The notes beneath the pieces are model-generated. The model did not search any database. It was given only the letters and a program-made list of their open reading frames with translations, and was not told where the DNA came from. The position numbers were made by a program, and so were the translations under genes. From NCBI GenBank assembly GCA_963717525.1, contig OY970343.1:32001-96000 (forward strand): a DNA stretch of 64,000 nucleotides, in the 5' to 3' direction. Positions 1-9,972 of the stretch are shown piece by piece (the stretch's first letter is position 1; every line of letters starts with the position of its first letter). This stretch comes from an uncultured Methanoregulaceae archaeon (GTDB lineage Archaea > Halobacteriota > Methanomicrobia > Methanomicrobiales > Methanospirillaceae).

Positions 1-1641
1 GAGAGGGTACTTTCAAATCTCAATAATCAGGAAACGTCAGTTGCCGCCACATGCAGGGACTGGGCCGGCCGTGACGATACGTATGCTTTTGCAGGAGAGT
101 CCGGTTCTCCGGGGGCTTCCGGCACCTTCAATCAGCCGCGTTTGCTGGGAACCCTTGACATCGATTACCTGCTCATCTACGATACCTCGGGAGACATGAT
201 ATTTTCCCAAGGGGCCCTGAACGCAGACGGAATTCCGGAAGTTGTCCCGGCTCAGCTTGAGGAGATCATCAGCAACAGCATTATTCCGCCGGGTATGCCC
301 ACCGGGGTATCAGGGCGTCATGGGGTATCGTTTCTCAATGGTGAGCCGGTCATTCTTGCCGGTTACTCTATCCGGGGAAGCAATCAATCGGCACCTTCGC
401 GGGGCACCTTGGTGATGGTCCGGGCTCTGAACAGCCATAGGATTGGAGATATGGAAAGCGTTCTCCAGATTCCGGATTTTGCCCTGGTGCCAGCTTCACC
501 GGTTACAGGTATCGATGGATACAGTGACACAGACATACAAAAAATGAGAAAAGGCGAGATCATAAGCGAACCGGTCAACAGCAGCCAGATGGGAGGTACG
601 GCAATGATCACCGGCATTGAAGACAAGCCGACCTTCCTGATGCTCCAGGTGTTCACTGATCGTACGGTGTATACCGATGTACAAACGTCGATCCTGATCG
701 TTGCGGCTTCGATTGTCCTCTTAAGTGCCGTTTTTATCATCGCGGTGCAGTTTTTATTGCAGCGATTTGTCCTCGGGCCACTCAGTGCCCTTGATGAGGA
801 TATAAAAACCATCGGTGAGTCCGGGGATCTTTCCCGCCGCATCCCTGAAAAAGGGGACGAGGAGATCATATCCGTTACCCGCGCCTTAAACCAGATGCTC
901 GCAGATCTTGAAGAAAAAAGGGCTGAACTCTTTGCCGCCCGCAGCGAACTTGCCAAGCGTAATCTGGACCTTGAGGAATTTAACCGGAAAGCAAACCTGT
1001 ATCTGGATATTTATCTTGATGTGATCACGTACGAGATACTGAATGCCATGATGGGCCTGAGAGGGTATGCGGAGTATCTCAAGGACACGGCTCGTGAAAA
1101 TGAAAAAAAATTCCTCAAAAAGATCATCGATCTGGCCCAGAAAAGCAGCAACGTGATCCGCAATATCGAGACGATCAGCCGCATTTACAAGATGCAACCC
1201 GGTGTTGTTGCCATCAATCTCGAAGAAATCGTAAAAAAAGAGATGGCTGCCCGCCAAAACGTTCATATCACACTTGAAGGATGCGACCGCATGGTACGTG
1301 CCAATGATATGCTCGGTGTCGTCTTTGATAACCTGTTTTCAAATAGTCTCAAGTTTGGCGGATCTGGAGTATCTATTAACGTCTCTGCCAGGGACGTTGG
1401 GGAAGGGACGCTTGAAATATCGGTCGCCGACAACGGGCCCGGGATCTCCGATGAGATGAAGCCGGGGGTCTTCGACCGGTTCGCCAAGGACACCAAAACC
1501 CGAAGCAGTTATGGCCTTGGGCTCCATATCGTCAAAATGCTGGTGGAAGGATATGGGGGAAAAGTATGGGCTGAAGATCGGATACCGGGAGATTCGTCAT
1601 CCGGCGTTGTGATACGCTTCACGCTGCGGCTGGCTGAATGA
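1..1641 (+). CDS. CHASE4-HAMP sensor histidine kinase-like protein (5' truncated by window); H-box His replaced by Tyr
   Basis: Frame is open from base 1 (DWAGRDDTY, CHASE4-like). TM helix, HAMP (GPLSAL...GDEEI), HATPase boxes (FDNLFSNSLKF, VADNGPGI, GLGLHIV). Confidence 0.85.
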   Translation, partial: ERVLSNLNNQETSVAATCRDWAGRDDTYAFAGESGSPGASGTFNQPRLLGTLDIDYLLIYDTSGDMIFSQGALNADGIPEVVPAQLEEIISNSIIPPGMPTGVSGRHGVSFLNGEPVILAGYSIRGSNQSAPSRGTLVMVRALNSHRIGDMESVLQIPDFALVPASPVTGIDGYSDTDIQKMRKGEIISEPVNSSQMGGTAMITGIEDKPTFLMLQVFTDRTVYTDVQTSILIVAASIVLLSAVFIIAVQFLLQRFVLGPLSALDEDIKTIGESGDLSRRIPEKGDEEIISVTRALNQMLADLEEKRAELFAARSELAKRNLDLEEFNRKANLYLDIYLDVITYEILNAMMGLRGYAEYLKDTARENEKKFLKKIIDLAQKSSNVIRNIETISRIYKMQPGVVAINLEEIVKKEMAARQNVHITLEGCDRMVRANDMLGVVFDNLFSNSLKFGGSGVSINVSARDVGEGTLEISVADNGPGISDEMKPGVFDRFAKDTKTRSSYGLGLHIVKMLVEGYGGKVWAEDRIPGDSSSGVVIRFTLRLAE

Positions 1642-1700
1642 CGGCGGTGTTGTTTTCATATTTTCCCGGTACCTCTGTTGTTGATGAAAAAGGGATAACT

Positions 1701-2315
1701 TTATCCATGCCGCTCACGGGTATCGATCAGGAACCCCTCATCACCGATCGTGAAAGGCAGCATCTTTTCAGAAAGTAGGGTTCCCCGCATCTTGGGAATA
1801 TTGAGATAACGCTTGAGCTTGTCTCCCTCGGGAACGGTGGTGACCTGAATGACCCCGTCTGCCATCGCATGTAAAAGCGCCTCGTGCCGTTCGGGGAGAA
1901 CACCGCGATCCACAAGCAGGAGGAAAACGCGGCCGTTTTTTGCTGCAGTTATGATGCGGGAGATCCCCTCGCGGAGATCGGAGAGCGGTGTATCGAGGAA
2001 ATAGAGAGAAAACTGGTCAACGATCACCAGATCCCCGTTACCATGGAGGGTGAGAAGATCGAGGAGCGCTCCCGGGGTTGTCCCGTGTATCTCTTCAATA
2101 TGAAATCCCTTTGCGGGTAAAATTCTCAGGAGTTTCATCTCACTGCGGATATCGTCTGAGGGCCGGGGCGTGAGGTAGGAGACGTCCTTTCCGTCAGCTG
2201 CCGTTTCAGCGGCAATATACTGGGCATATACAGATTTGACAAGCCCCGTACCTTCTTCAATCAGGATCACGCTCTTTTCCGGAAAATTATCCATGCCATG
2301 AACGGGTGCCATCAC
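1701..2315 (-). CDS. KaiC/RAD55-like RecA-superfamily ATPase with degenerate Walker A
   Basis: VILIEEGTGLVKS, LVIVDQFS, ADGVI, RYLNIPKMRG, PFTIGDEG are typical of archaeal KaiC-like proteins. Confidence 0.75.
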   Translation of the reverse strand: MMAPVHGMDNFPEKSVILIEEGTGLVKSVYAQYIAAETAADGKDVSYLTPRPSDDIRSEMKLLRILPAKGFHIEEIHGTTPGALLDLLTLHGNGDLVIVDQFSLYFLDTPLSDLREGISRIITAAKNGRVFLLLVDRGVLPERHEALLHAMADGVIQVTTVPEGDKLKRYLNIPKMRGTLLSEKMLPFTIGDEGFLIDTRERHG

Positions 2316-2565
2316 CTATCGTTTGCTTGTTCCCTCTCATAAGTGCTTTCCAGCCCGGTGTTGGAATTCCTATAAATCGGGTCCGCAGAAAAAAGTTTTA
2401 CCCAGGCAAACAAAAAAATTTCCCCTTAATCCCTTATGATACCCCCCAAGTGCCCTTAAAATCATTTATTTTTTACAGAAAGATTATATAATAAATTTAC
2501 CAAATATAGTGTATCCCCCACAGAGATCCACTCCGAACAGGGCGAGTATTTGTAATGCAACCATC

Positions 2566-3015
2566 ATGCAGAAGACCATCCCAGCCCTTTTCAGGCGCAT
2601 CTATGATACGCCGGCATGCGTTGCCATTATCCCGTCATTTGCGGTAATTATCGATTATGCCCTCACCTTTTTTCTCGCGGGAAATACCGGAATGATCCTT
2701 CAGTGGGAGGCAAGCCCTCTCGTACGGTTTGCCGTGGCGCATAACAGTATGGCGATCTATCTACTGGCCATCGTTGTATTCTACTATGTCGCTGCGTACG
2801 CGGTCCTCCACATCCTTCGGCCCACCGCCTATTACCGGTATGGCGTAGGACTGGTGTTACTGGTGAGCCTGACACATGTACTTGGAGGTCTGTCATGGCA
2901 GTTCAAAACTGCAGGGTATTCCAACAGTATTGTGGCCCTCTCATTTCTCTCCATTATTATTGCGATCTGCCTGTTTGGATATACCATCTTCCGGCAGGTT
3001 CATTCCTCAACATGA
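2566..3015 (+). CDS. DUF5658-like membrane protein
   Basis: Four hydrophobic segments and a D-x-x-LT...EASP motif. ATG 2566 preferred over GTG 2509. Confidence 0.55.
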   Translation: MQKTIPALFRRIYDTPACVAIIPSFAVIIDYALTFFLAGNTGMILQWEASPLVRFAVAHNSMAIYLLAIVVFYYVAAYAVLHILRPTAYYRYGVGLVLLVSLTHVLGGLSWQFKTAGYSNSIVALSFLSIIIAICLFGYTIFRQVHSST

Positions 3016-3194
3016 ATCTCCACTACGATTAACTGGGCAGAATCCGACATATTGTAATCTCTATATAAATCAGATATGGCTATATTTTAAATTCAAAAAG
3101 AATATATCCTGCTCAGGACAGAATACTTCGTGGGCAGATAGTGCGGGCAATGTTAGGGAGACGGACTCATACTGAGAAGGAAGTGAAATAACCC

Positions 3195-3404
3195 GTGAGC
3201 AGAACACGAACAAACCCGGAAAGAATCAATCATACAATCATTCCCGCCGCTGCCTGTCTCACGCTCCTTACAGCAGGAAGCCTGTCGATTTACGGGAACT
3301 TCGATCTCATTCTCCCGTTTATTATATCTATCATTACCGTTTGCATCCTTTATCTGGTTATCATGATGGTTTGTCACGCAAAAGACGCTATTATAACATC
3401 ATAA
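3195..3404 (+). CDS. small 2-TM hypothetical protein
   Basis: 69-aa ORF with two hydrophobic stretches. Confidence 0.35.
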   Translation: MSRTRTNPERINHTIIPAAACLTLLTAGSLSIYGNFDLILPFIISIITVCILYLVIMMVCHAKDAIITS

Positions 3405-3580
3405 ATTCCGTTTTTGTGTTCTCTGAATATTCCATCTGTTTTTCTGTAGAGAGTGATTCGACATTTCAGGGCAAATTCGTCATTATCTGAAGACAAATAA
3501 TAAAATGCCGATACAAAGACCATCCCTGTATTTACACAAATTATAGTATTGGTTTCGAGGAGGGGAGGTTCAGGCAGTCA

Positions 3581-3985
3581 TCATCCGTGCGCAATGATAA
3601 GCAGTTTGTCCGAATACATGAGCCAGAAGAGGTTCACCGTGAACGCAAGCATGTAAGGGATGCAGGCGACCTGGACAATCCGCGTGCCTAGTCCCGGGTA
3701 GTTGCGTTCCATGACATTTGCAACAAGGATGGTAAAAAGGGCAAACATCAGTTTAACGCCGAGATGGAGGAAGGGCTGGTGCACGATATAGGCCATGAAA
3801 GGATTTGCTTCTGTTGCCGCTCCTGCCCCCGCACCTTTCCAGAGAAGGAGAGTGGTGGAGAGTACGTCAAAGATGACAAGGAATGTTAAAAAGATCATCC
3901 ACTGGCTGTCTATAGTAATGTCATCCGGAAATACCGTTTGGATAACGGATTGAATGCTAGTGGGCCGGGTTTTGCACTGCATCAC
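3581..3985 (-). CDS. DUF5658-like membrane protein
   Basis: FDVLSTT...EANPFM...KL motif, 3 TM segments. Confidence 0.6.
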   Translation of the reverse strand: MMQCKTRPTSIQSVIQTVFPDDITIDSQWMIFLTFLVIFDVLSTTLLLWKGAGAGAATEANPFMAYIVHQPFLHLGVKLMFALFTILVANVMERNYPGLGTRIVQVACIPYMLAFTVNLFWLMYSDKLLIIAHG

Positions 3986-4177
3986 AGGATGAATACTCCG
4001 GACAACAACTCGTTATCTGCATATCTCCCCTTCTCCTATAAATAGATAGTTCCCTTTCCTCAATAAAAATAAAAAATCATTATTCCATATCTTTTTAATA
4101 TAGAGATTGTATCTTAAGTATAGATACCGGTACACGAACAGACCGTATCTTTCCTCTCCCCCCCAGGTCGTGCGGCT

Positions 4178-4861
4178 GTGAACCTGATAATCCTGAAATA
4201 CGGCATCCTTATCGGGGCTCTCCTTGCAACTACGCTGTATGTTTCCCCTGCTTTAAACCCGCTGTCCACTCCGTCAGGAGATCAGAACAGCACCGAAATC
4301 GATGCGCAGTCGATCTTTGCGTTCGGTTCGCAGGTGTTTTATAAGGAGGTTTCAAAGCCCGGGAACGAGTATATGCAGACCAGCGTGCAGGGCTATTCGA
4401 AAAATCTGGTCCCGTCAGATGCTGACAACCAGGCCTACGCCTCATCCTGGCAGGCCGGGGTTGCTGACTTTGTAGCGGGTTACAACCAATGTACTTCCGC
4501 CCTCTTTGATCTTGCCTCAGTGCCATCGATGCAGACTGCGAAGGAGAAAATGGCGGTATGCGATGAGTTTGCGAACGGTGAGAGCGAGATGACCCGGGGA
4601 CGGGGAGAGTTCGCTTTAGCAAAGGGCAGTGCGTCGCCGGCGACAGACTCGGGGTTTACCATCGCCATGGTGCTGGAACAGGTCGATGAGATCATCCAGA
4701 GCTCGGATGACGCGGACACAGCCTGTATGAGGGCGGTTCTCGCCGATCATAACCATGATTCAGCGGGATTTTCAGCGAGCCTCAAAGATGCACAGAGTGC
4801 GGTGCAGGACATGCAGCACGTGTATCCCGAGCTGAAAGTGCTGAGCAGTGATTTTACCTGA
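4178..4861 (+). CDS. secreted/anchored hypothetical helical protein
   Basis: N-terminal hydrophobic signal, 227-aa ORF. Confidence 0.6.
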   Translation: MNLIILKYGILIGALLATTLYVSPALNPLSTPSGDQNSTEIDAQSIFAFGSQVFYKEVSKPGNEYMQTSVQGYSKNLVPSDADNQAYASSWQAGVADFVAGYNQCTSALFDLASVPSMQTAKEKMAVCDEFANGESEMTRGRGEFALAKGSASPATDSGFTIAMVLEQVDEIIQSSDDADTACMRAVLADHNHDSAGFSASLKDAQSAVQDMQHVYPELKVLSSDFT

Positions 4862-4864
4862 GTT

Positions 4865-5284
4865 ATGGACCCTAAAGGAGATGCAACAGATGAAAATGAA
4901 GAGAAATGCCAGACACCACAACACCCCAGACCTGAAAGAACAGGTGATATGCGTATGAAATTACCCGATCCCAGAAGAATGCTTATTGACGACCGGCCGA
5001 TAAGCGATGAAGAGTTCAGGACCCAGAACCTTGTATACGTGATCTCAGCGGCAGTGATGATGATCGCAGGACCGCTTTTTATCTATCACGGGTTCAATCT
5101 CCTCCCATGGCCGTATACGGCAAAGTGGGGGGCACTTTCAATCGCCATCGGGTTCTTTGTCCTCATCTTCGGGTTCAGCCTTTGGCAGGATCGTCAGGTG
5201 CAGATCCTCCAGCGGATGTACACGAGAGATGCCGCAGAGATGAAGCAGATTCTCAGGGAACTGAAAGGTGAAGGAAAACAATAA
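4865..5284 (+). CDS. 2-TM hypothetical membrane protein
   Basis: Two TM helices; starts 3 nt after the previous ORF (true start may be 4949). Confidence 0.55.
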   Translation: MDPKGDATDENEEKCQTPQHPRPERTGDMRMKLPDPRRMLIDDRPISDEEFRTQNLVYVISAAVMMIAGPLFIYHGFNLLPWPYTAKWGALSIAIGFFVLIFGFSLWQDRQVQILQRMYTRDAAEMKQILRELKGEGKQ

Positions 5285-5447
5285 GGAGGCTGGATATGCA
5301 GGTGCCGTCTTGCTTCGCCCGGGGCACTCCGGGGAAAGGAGTACTCATGGATAACGTCTGGCATATCCGGATACTACCGGGGATGGACCGTTACCGTTTT
5401 GTGATCACCCCCATGTTTCCGGTACCGGGAAAAAACTGGGGTGCAAC

Positions 5448-6260
5448 ATGCTGACCATCCTTTCCTGGAACGTCAATGGTCTCAGGGGGTGTTATGACCG
5501 GAAACATTTCCTGCCTGTCTTCAGGCACAACCCGGAGATCGTCTGCGTGCAGGAGACCAAAGCCCCGGAGGAGAAGCTCCCGGAGAAGGTGCGGAACCTG
5601 TATGGGTACCATACCTATTTTTCTGCGGTGCCGGCAGGGAGCACCACCGGGGTCGGGCTCTTTACCAGGCACCAGCCGCTTTCGGTACACTACGGTTTTG
5701 GCAACCCGGTTTTTGACAATAAGGGGCGGGTTCTTGTTGCCGATTATGGCAGGTTTGTGCTGCTCAATATCTCTTTCCCGCTTGGGATCAAGCCGATGGG
5801 AAACCTCGACAACAAGCTGAAATTTTACGATGCGTTTCTCCTGTACGTAAGGTCGCTCTGCGAAGAGGGCCGGGCGGTGATCATCTGTGGAGATTTCAAC
5901 GTGGCGCATACTGACCGGGATCTCTACAACCCACCCAAAAAGCCGGTCCGGCAGGTTGGTATCTCCCCGGAAGAGCGTGGCAAGATCGACCAGTTGGTCG
6001 GTCTGGGATTTACCGATACGTTCCGGATCTTTCACGAGGACGCCGGCCACTACACCCGGTGGCCGTTCCAGAACAACTCCCGTGAACGGAACTTCGGCTG
6101 GCGCATCGATTACTGTTTCGTCAGCAACGCGCTGCAGCCGTACGTGTCCGATGCGGCAATCCTGCCGGCAATAATGGGATCAGATCACTGCCCGGTGATG
6201 CTGGAGCTAAACCTGCCGGATACCGAGACATCCCCGCAACCAACGAAAGCATTGTCCTGA
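5448..6260 (+). CDS. xth: exodeoxyribonuclease III / AP endonuclease family
   Basis: SWNVNGLR, VQETKA, GDFNVAH, WRIDY, SDHCP motifs. Confidence 0.92.
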   Translation: MLTILSWNVNGLRGCYDRKHFLPVFRHNPEIVCVQETKAPEEKLPEKVRNLYGYHTYFSAVPAGSTTGVGLFTRHQPLSVHYGFGNPVFDNKGRVLVADYGRFVLLNISFPLGIKPMGNLDNKLKFYDAFLLYVRSLCEEGRAVIICGDFNVAHTDRDLYNPPKKPVRQVGISPEERGKIDQLVGLGFTDTFRIFHEDAGHYTRWPFQNNSRERNFGWRIDYCFVSNALQPYVSDAAILPAIMGSDHCPVMLELNLPDTETSPQPTKALS

Positions 6261-6337
6261 TGCGGGACCAGGCAAGAGAGCCAATGAATAAATGACGCAC
6301 ATTAAGGCCGGCACACCAGAACCTCAGGGAAAGGGGG

Positions 6338-6469
6338 GGAGGGGGGTGTCTCCCACCCCCCTCCTCTTCTTTTTTTCAAGTGGGGGGTACCCTCCCCCTC
6401 ATATGCCGGATCAACAGGGGGTCACCCCCCTCCCCCCCCTGCCGGCCTGCATGGGGGATCATCCCCATG
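6338..6469. repeat. cluster of four G/C-tract inverted repeats
   Basis: GGAGGGGGGTG/CACCCCCCTCC (6338-6364), G5/C5 (6382-6398), G5-TCA-C5 (6417-6429), CATGGGG/CCCCATG (6450-6469). Confidence 0.6.
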
Positions 6470-6719
6470 ACTTAAAGGAGGGACCCGAAAGCATCAGCTC
6501 TATCTGAGTGGTGGGCCTTGGGCCTCACGCGTCTGGAGGTATCGTAATACCAGTCACCGGGCCGGACAATCCAGCCCGGATGAGTATGATTAAAAATTAT
6601 CACTGTCCGCGATAACTCCATGGAATATTTCATAATAGGGAATATAGCTGATGAGGTGATTGCCAATAGAGTTTTTGAGATAATTCAATATAACAATGAA
6701 ACCAATATATACCTGAGTC

Positions 6720-7085
6720 TTGGATGTACCACCTATGGAAAAGTTGCGAACTTCGGAAATAATGTCGTTCTCCTTTGACAGGGCATATCAAGTCCTGAAG
6801 GAAAAGGGCCCTGCACGGGTTATTTCAGGCACCGGTGCTGAATACACGATCGAAGCATCTGCCATGACCAAAGGTAAGCTCCCCGCTGTACCTGTTATCC
6901 GGGTACAACCCAGGAGCGGGTTCAAGTATATCCGCTATACTTACATCCATGCGGATTGCTGGGGAAATGACGTGACGTGCCAAGGCAGCCGGGTCGAAGA
7001 CATATACCGGGGTAAAGACAACATCTACCGCTGGCTCGAAGAGAATACCCGGGACAATCCCGATACTGTTCCGAAAAAGAGATAA
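6720..7085 (+). CDS. hypothetical protein
   Basis: 121-aa ORF after an AT-rich promoter-like region; protein-like composition. Confidence 0.5.
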   Translation: MDVPPMEKLRTSEIMSFSFDRAYQVLKEKGPARVISGTGAEYTIEASAMTKGKLPAVPVIRVQPRSGFKYIRYTYIHADCWGNDVTCQGSRVEDIYRGKDNIYRWLEENTRDNPDTVPKKR

Positions 7086-7237
7086 TCCTTTTCATAATTC
7101 CATTGCAAAAAGTTCAGTTCTCCCGGTTTTTCCAAAAAAAGCTCGTGAACATGTCTGAACCGGGGATATCAGTGAGACTGGGGTAACATGAAGACGGATG
7201 AAATGCACACACGAAGAATCCCTGTGAGGGAGCGAAC

Positions 7238-7495
7238 ATGACACATCTGCCGAATCGCATGACTGACGCGGCCTATGAAAAAGCCCTCCGGGAGGCAGGA
7301 AAAGAGGTGTCCGTTTTCAAAGCTGAGCTTCTTCGTGCACAATCCGCGTGGGACAACACCTCTGCCAGAAAATGCGGGGTCCGGGGATACCTCGCAACCT
7401 GGCTGCAGCTCCGGAAATCTGCATGGCAGCTGCGAAAGAAACAAGCCCATCTCAATTTCCTCCTTGAGTTCAAACGGGAGCGGAATAAGGACTGA
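7238..7495 (+). CDS. small basic helical hypothetical protein
   Basis: 85-aa ORF preceded by a GGGGAG RBS-like sequence. Confidence 0.45.
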   Translation: MTHLPNRMTDAAYEKALREAGKEVSVFKAELLRAQSAWDNTSARKCGVRGYLATWLQLRKSAWQLRKKQAHLNFLLEFKRERNKD

Positions 7496-7878
7496 ACCTG
7501 GCAGCCTGAACTGTTCCATACATCCAGACTGGAAGACAAACGCAGCCCCCTCCTTCCCGGAACCGGCAAACCACAATGACCACCACACTACTGATAAAAA
7601 CCTTCTCCGGTCTGGAACGCAGCAGTTCCCTACCAAGCCGGGACAAAGATCGACGGAGACCAGTGCGTCCCTATACCCTATTGCGATCACTATATTGAAA
7701 AGCCTTATATCTATATCAAAAACGCTAAAAATATATAGTCCTGGGTCGATACTCTGATTGGTGAATTGACATCTGTGGGGGATGAATGAACTTCACCGCA
7801 AGAACTCCGTGGCAAATCCATTAGTCTCTACAAATTTTTCAAAAATCCCATCCACGAACACCAAAGGTGAAAACAGCA

Positions 7879-9015
7879 ATGTACGCAAACATGAAACGCA
7901 TGAACAATGAGATGGCAGTCTCACCGATTGTTGCGACGCTCGTCCTTATCGTCGTCGCCGTCATCGGTGCAGTTGCCGTAGGTACCATTATGGGTACCTT
8001 CTCAACCCAAGTATCGAAACAGGCATCCGCTTCTCAGGCCGCATCTGCATCATCAACTGAGATTCTCATCGCCGGCTCGACCACGCTCCTCCCGGCTGAG
8101 CTTAACCTCCAGACCGACTACCAGAAGGCCAACCCCGGCTACCAGCTGAACGTCCAGGGTGGCGGCTCGGGCGCCGGTGTGGCATCAGTAGCAGAGGGAA
8201 TCTCTGACATCGGTGCAGCATCCTCGGCAAGCACGATTACAGGCGCTCAGACGGCAAACCCGAACAACCCTGCCTACCAGAACCTCTACTACACCATGAT
8301 CGGTGGCCGTGGCGTCGTCTTCATTCAGGATGCAAGCATGATAGCAGACCCGAGTAATGTTGTTAGCACTGCAGACCTGAACGCTGCATACCTCGATGCA
8401 AGCGGCAACGGCGGCAAGACCACTGCTGTAACTACTAACCTCACCCACATCGGCACGACAATGGAACAGCGCGAAGCAGGTTCCGGCACGATGTCAACCG
8501 CATTCGGCTGGATTGGCGGCAGCGCAAAGGGTAACACATCCACCGGTTACAACAACCTTCCGACCCAGAACGGAAACGCAGCAATGCTCGCAGCAGTCCA
8601 GGCAGGAACCTCGACTGCCCCGGTCATCGGCTTCGTTGACGCAGGCTATGCATTCACCGGCTCAGTGACCAGCAACGTCACCGCATCGGGTATCTCGGTT
8701 ATGGGCGTTGTAGATGGAACTCAGACAGCAGCATATGTTCCGACCCACGCCAACATCAAGGCAGCACTCAAGGACTGGGTCAAGGGCAACTCTCAGGGAA
8801 CCAACTACCCCCAGAAGCTCACCGGCGGTCTCTACTGGATCACCGCGGGAACTGTACCCACCCAGTCGGTCAACGGTATTATCACAGCCCCAGGTACCAG
8901 CGCAGCCAGCTCAGTTGTTACCAACCTGATCACCTTCGCCCAGTCCCCGGGTGAGGCAACCGCGTTCAACAACGCCGGCATGTACTCGCTCTACGACTTT
9001 GCACCGACCAGCTAA
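7879..9015 (+). CDS. pstS: PstS-like phosphate-binding protein with class III (type IV pilin) signal peptide
   Basis: KRMNNEMA|VSPIVATLVLIVVAVIGAVAVG pilin N-terminus; PBP motifs AGSTT, GGGSGAG, DIGAASS, REAGSGT. GGTGA RBS at 7866. Confidence 0.85.
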   Translation: MYANMKRMNNEMAVSPIVATLVLIVVAVIGAVAVGTIMGTFSTQVSKQASASQAASASSTEILIAGSTTLLPAELNLQTDYQKANPGYQLNVQGGGSGAGVASVAEGISDIGAASSASTITGAQTANPNNPAYQNLYYTMIGGRGVVFIQDASMIADPSNVVSTADLNAAYLDASGNGGKTTAVTTNLTHIGTTMEQREAGSGTMSTAFGWIGGSAKGNTSTGYNNLPTQNGNAAMLAAVQAGTSTAPVIGFVDAGYAFTGSVTSNVTASGISVMGVVDGTQTAAYVPTHANIKAALKDWVKGNSQGTNYPQKLTGGLYWITAGTVPTQSVNGIITAPGTSAASSVVTNLITFAQSPGEATAFNNAGMYSLYDFAPTS

Positions 9016-9034
9016 GCTAACAACTCAAACCACA

Positions 9035-9048
9035 TTTTTTTCTTTTTT
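9035..9048 (+). terminator. oligo-T tract after pstS (possible intra-operon terminator)
   Basis: TTTTTTTCTTTTTT between the pstS stop and the pstC start. Confidence 0.5.
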
Positions 9049-9051
9049 ACA

Positions 9052-9972
9052 ATGAACGAAAAGACCGATCTCCACGAAGTACTCTTTCTTTCCTGTGCCG
9101 TGGTGACCGCGTTAAGTGTCATCGTAATCATCGGGTACATTATTTACGCTGCCTCGCCGGTTCTCGAGCGCGAGGGGCTCGGTTTTATCTTCGGATCGAC
9201 GTGGGACTATACATCTCACCAGTTTGGTATCTGGTCGTTTATCGTCGCAACTCTGATGGTAACCGTCGCCACTATTGTACTCGCTGTCCCGCTGGGCCTT
9301 GCAACCGCACTCTTTCTCTCGGAATGGGCCCCGCCGTGGCTCGACCAAGTGCTCAGTACGCTCATCGAACTGCTGGTGGGAATACCGTCTGTCGTATACG
9401 GTATCTTCGGCTTTTTTGTCCTGCGGAGTTATTTCAATGATTTCATCAACCCGTTCATAGGAAATACACTTGGTTTCATTCCCCTCTTCAGGTATGACAA
9501 TAACAACGGGATAGGCTTCCCGCTGGCAGCCACTGTCCTTGCCATCATGATCCTGCCGACCATCGTCGCCCTCTCGCGGGAGGCGATGCGCGGGGTGCCC
9601 GTGGAGCTGCGTGAAGGGTCGGCTGCGCTTGGATCGACGCAGTGGGAGACCATCCGGCACCTTGTTCTTCCGGCATCCCTCTCCGGGATCATCACCGGCC
9701 TGATCCTGGGCATCATGCGTGCGATGGGAGAGACCATGGCAGTCGCGATGCTTGTAGGTAATGTGGGCGCCACCCCGGCATCGTTTTTCAATCTGGGTGA
9801 ACCGATGACCGCCAAAATTCTCCTGGATATCGGATATTATATCGTAGAGCCCGAAGGCCGGAGCGCGCTCTTTGCCATCGGTGCTGTCCTTATGGTCATG
9901 GAGATAGGGTTTGTGATCGCGATCCATATCATCAGTGACCGGCTGAAAAAACGAATGGAAGGCGCCACGTGA
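9052..9972 (+). CDS. pstC: phosphate ABC transporter permease PstC
   Basis: ELLVGIPSVVYG, LAIMILPTI, EGSAALGST, RAMGETMAV. Confidence 0.93.
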   Translation: MNEKTDLHEVLFLSCAVVTALSVIVIIGYIIYAASPVLEREGLGFIFGSTWDYTSHQFGIWSFIVATLMVTVATIVLAVPLGLATALFLSEWAPPWLDQVLSTLIELLVGIPSVVYGIFGFFVLRSYFNDFINPFIGNTLGFIPLFRYDNNNGIGFPLAATVLAIMILPTIVALSREAMRGVPVELREGSAALGSTQWETIRHLVLPASLSGIITGLILGIMRAMGETMAVAMLVGNVGATPASFFNLGEPMTAKILLDIGYYIVEPEGRSALFAIGAVLMVMEIGFVIAIHIISDRLKKRMEGAT

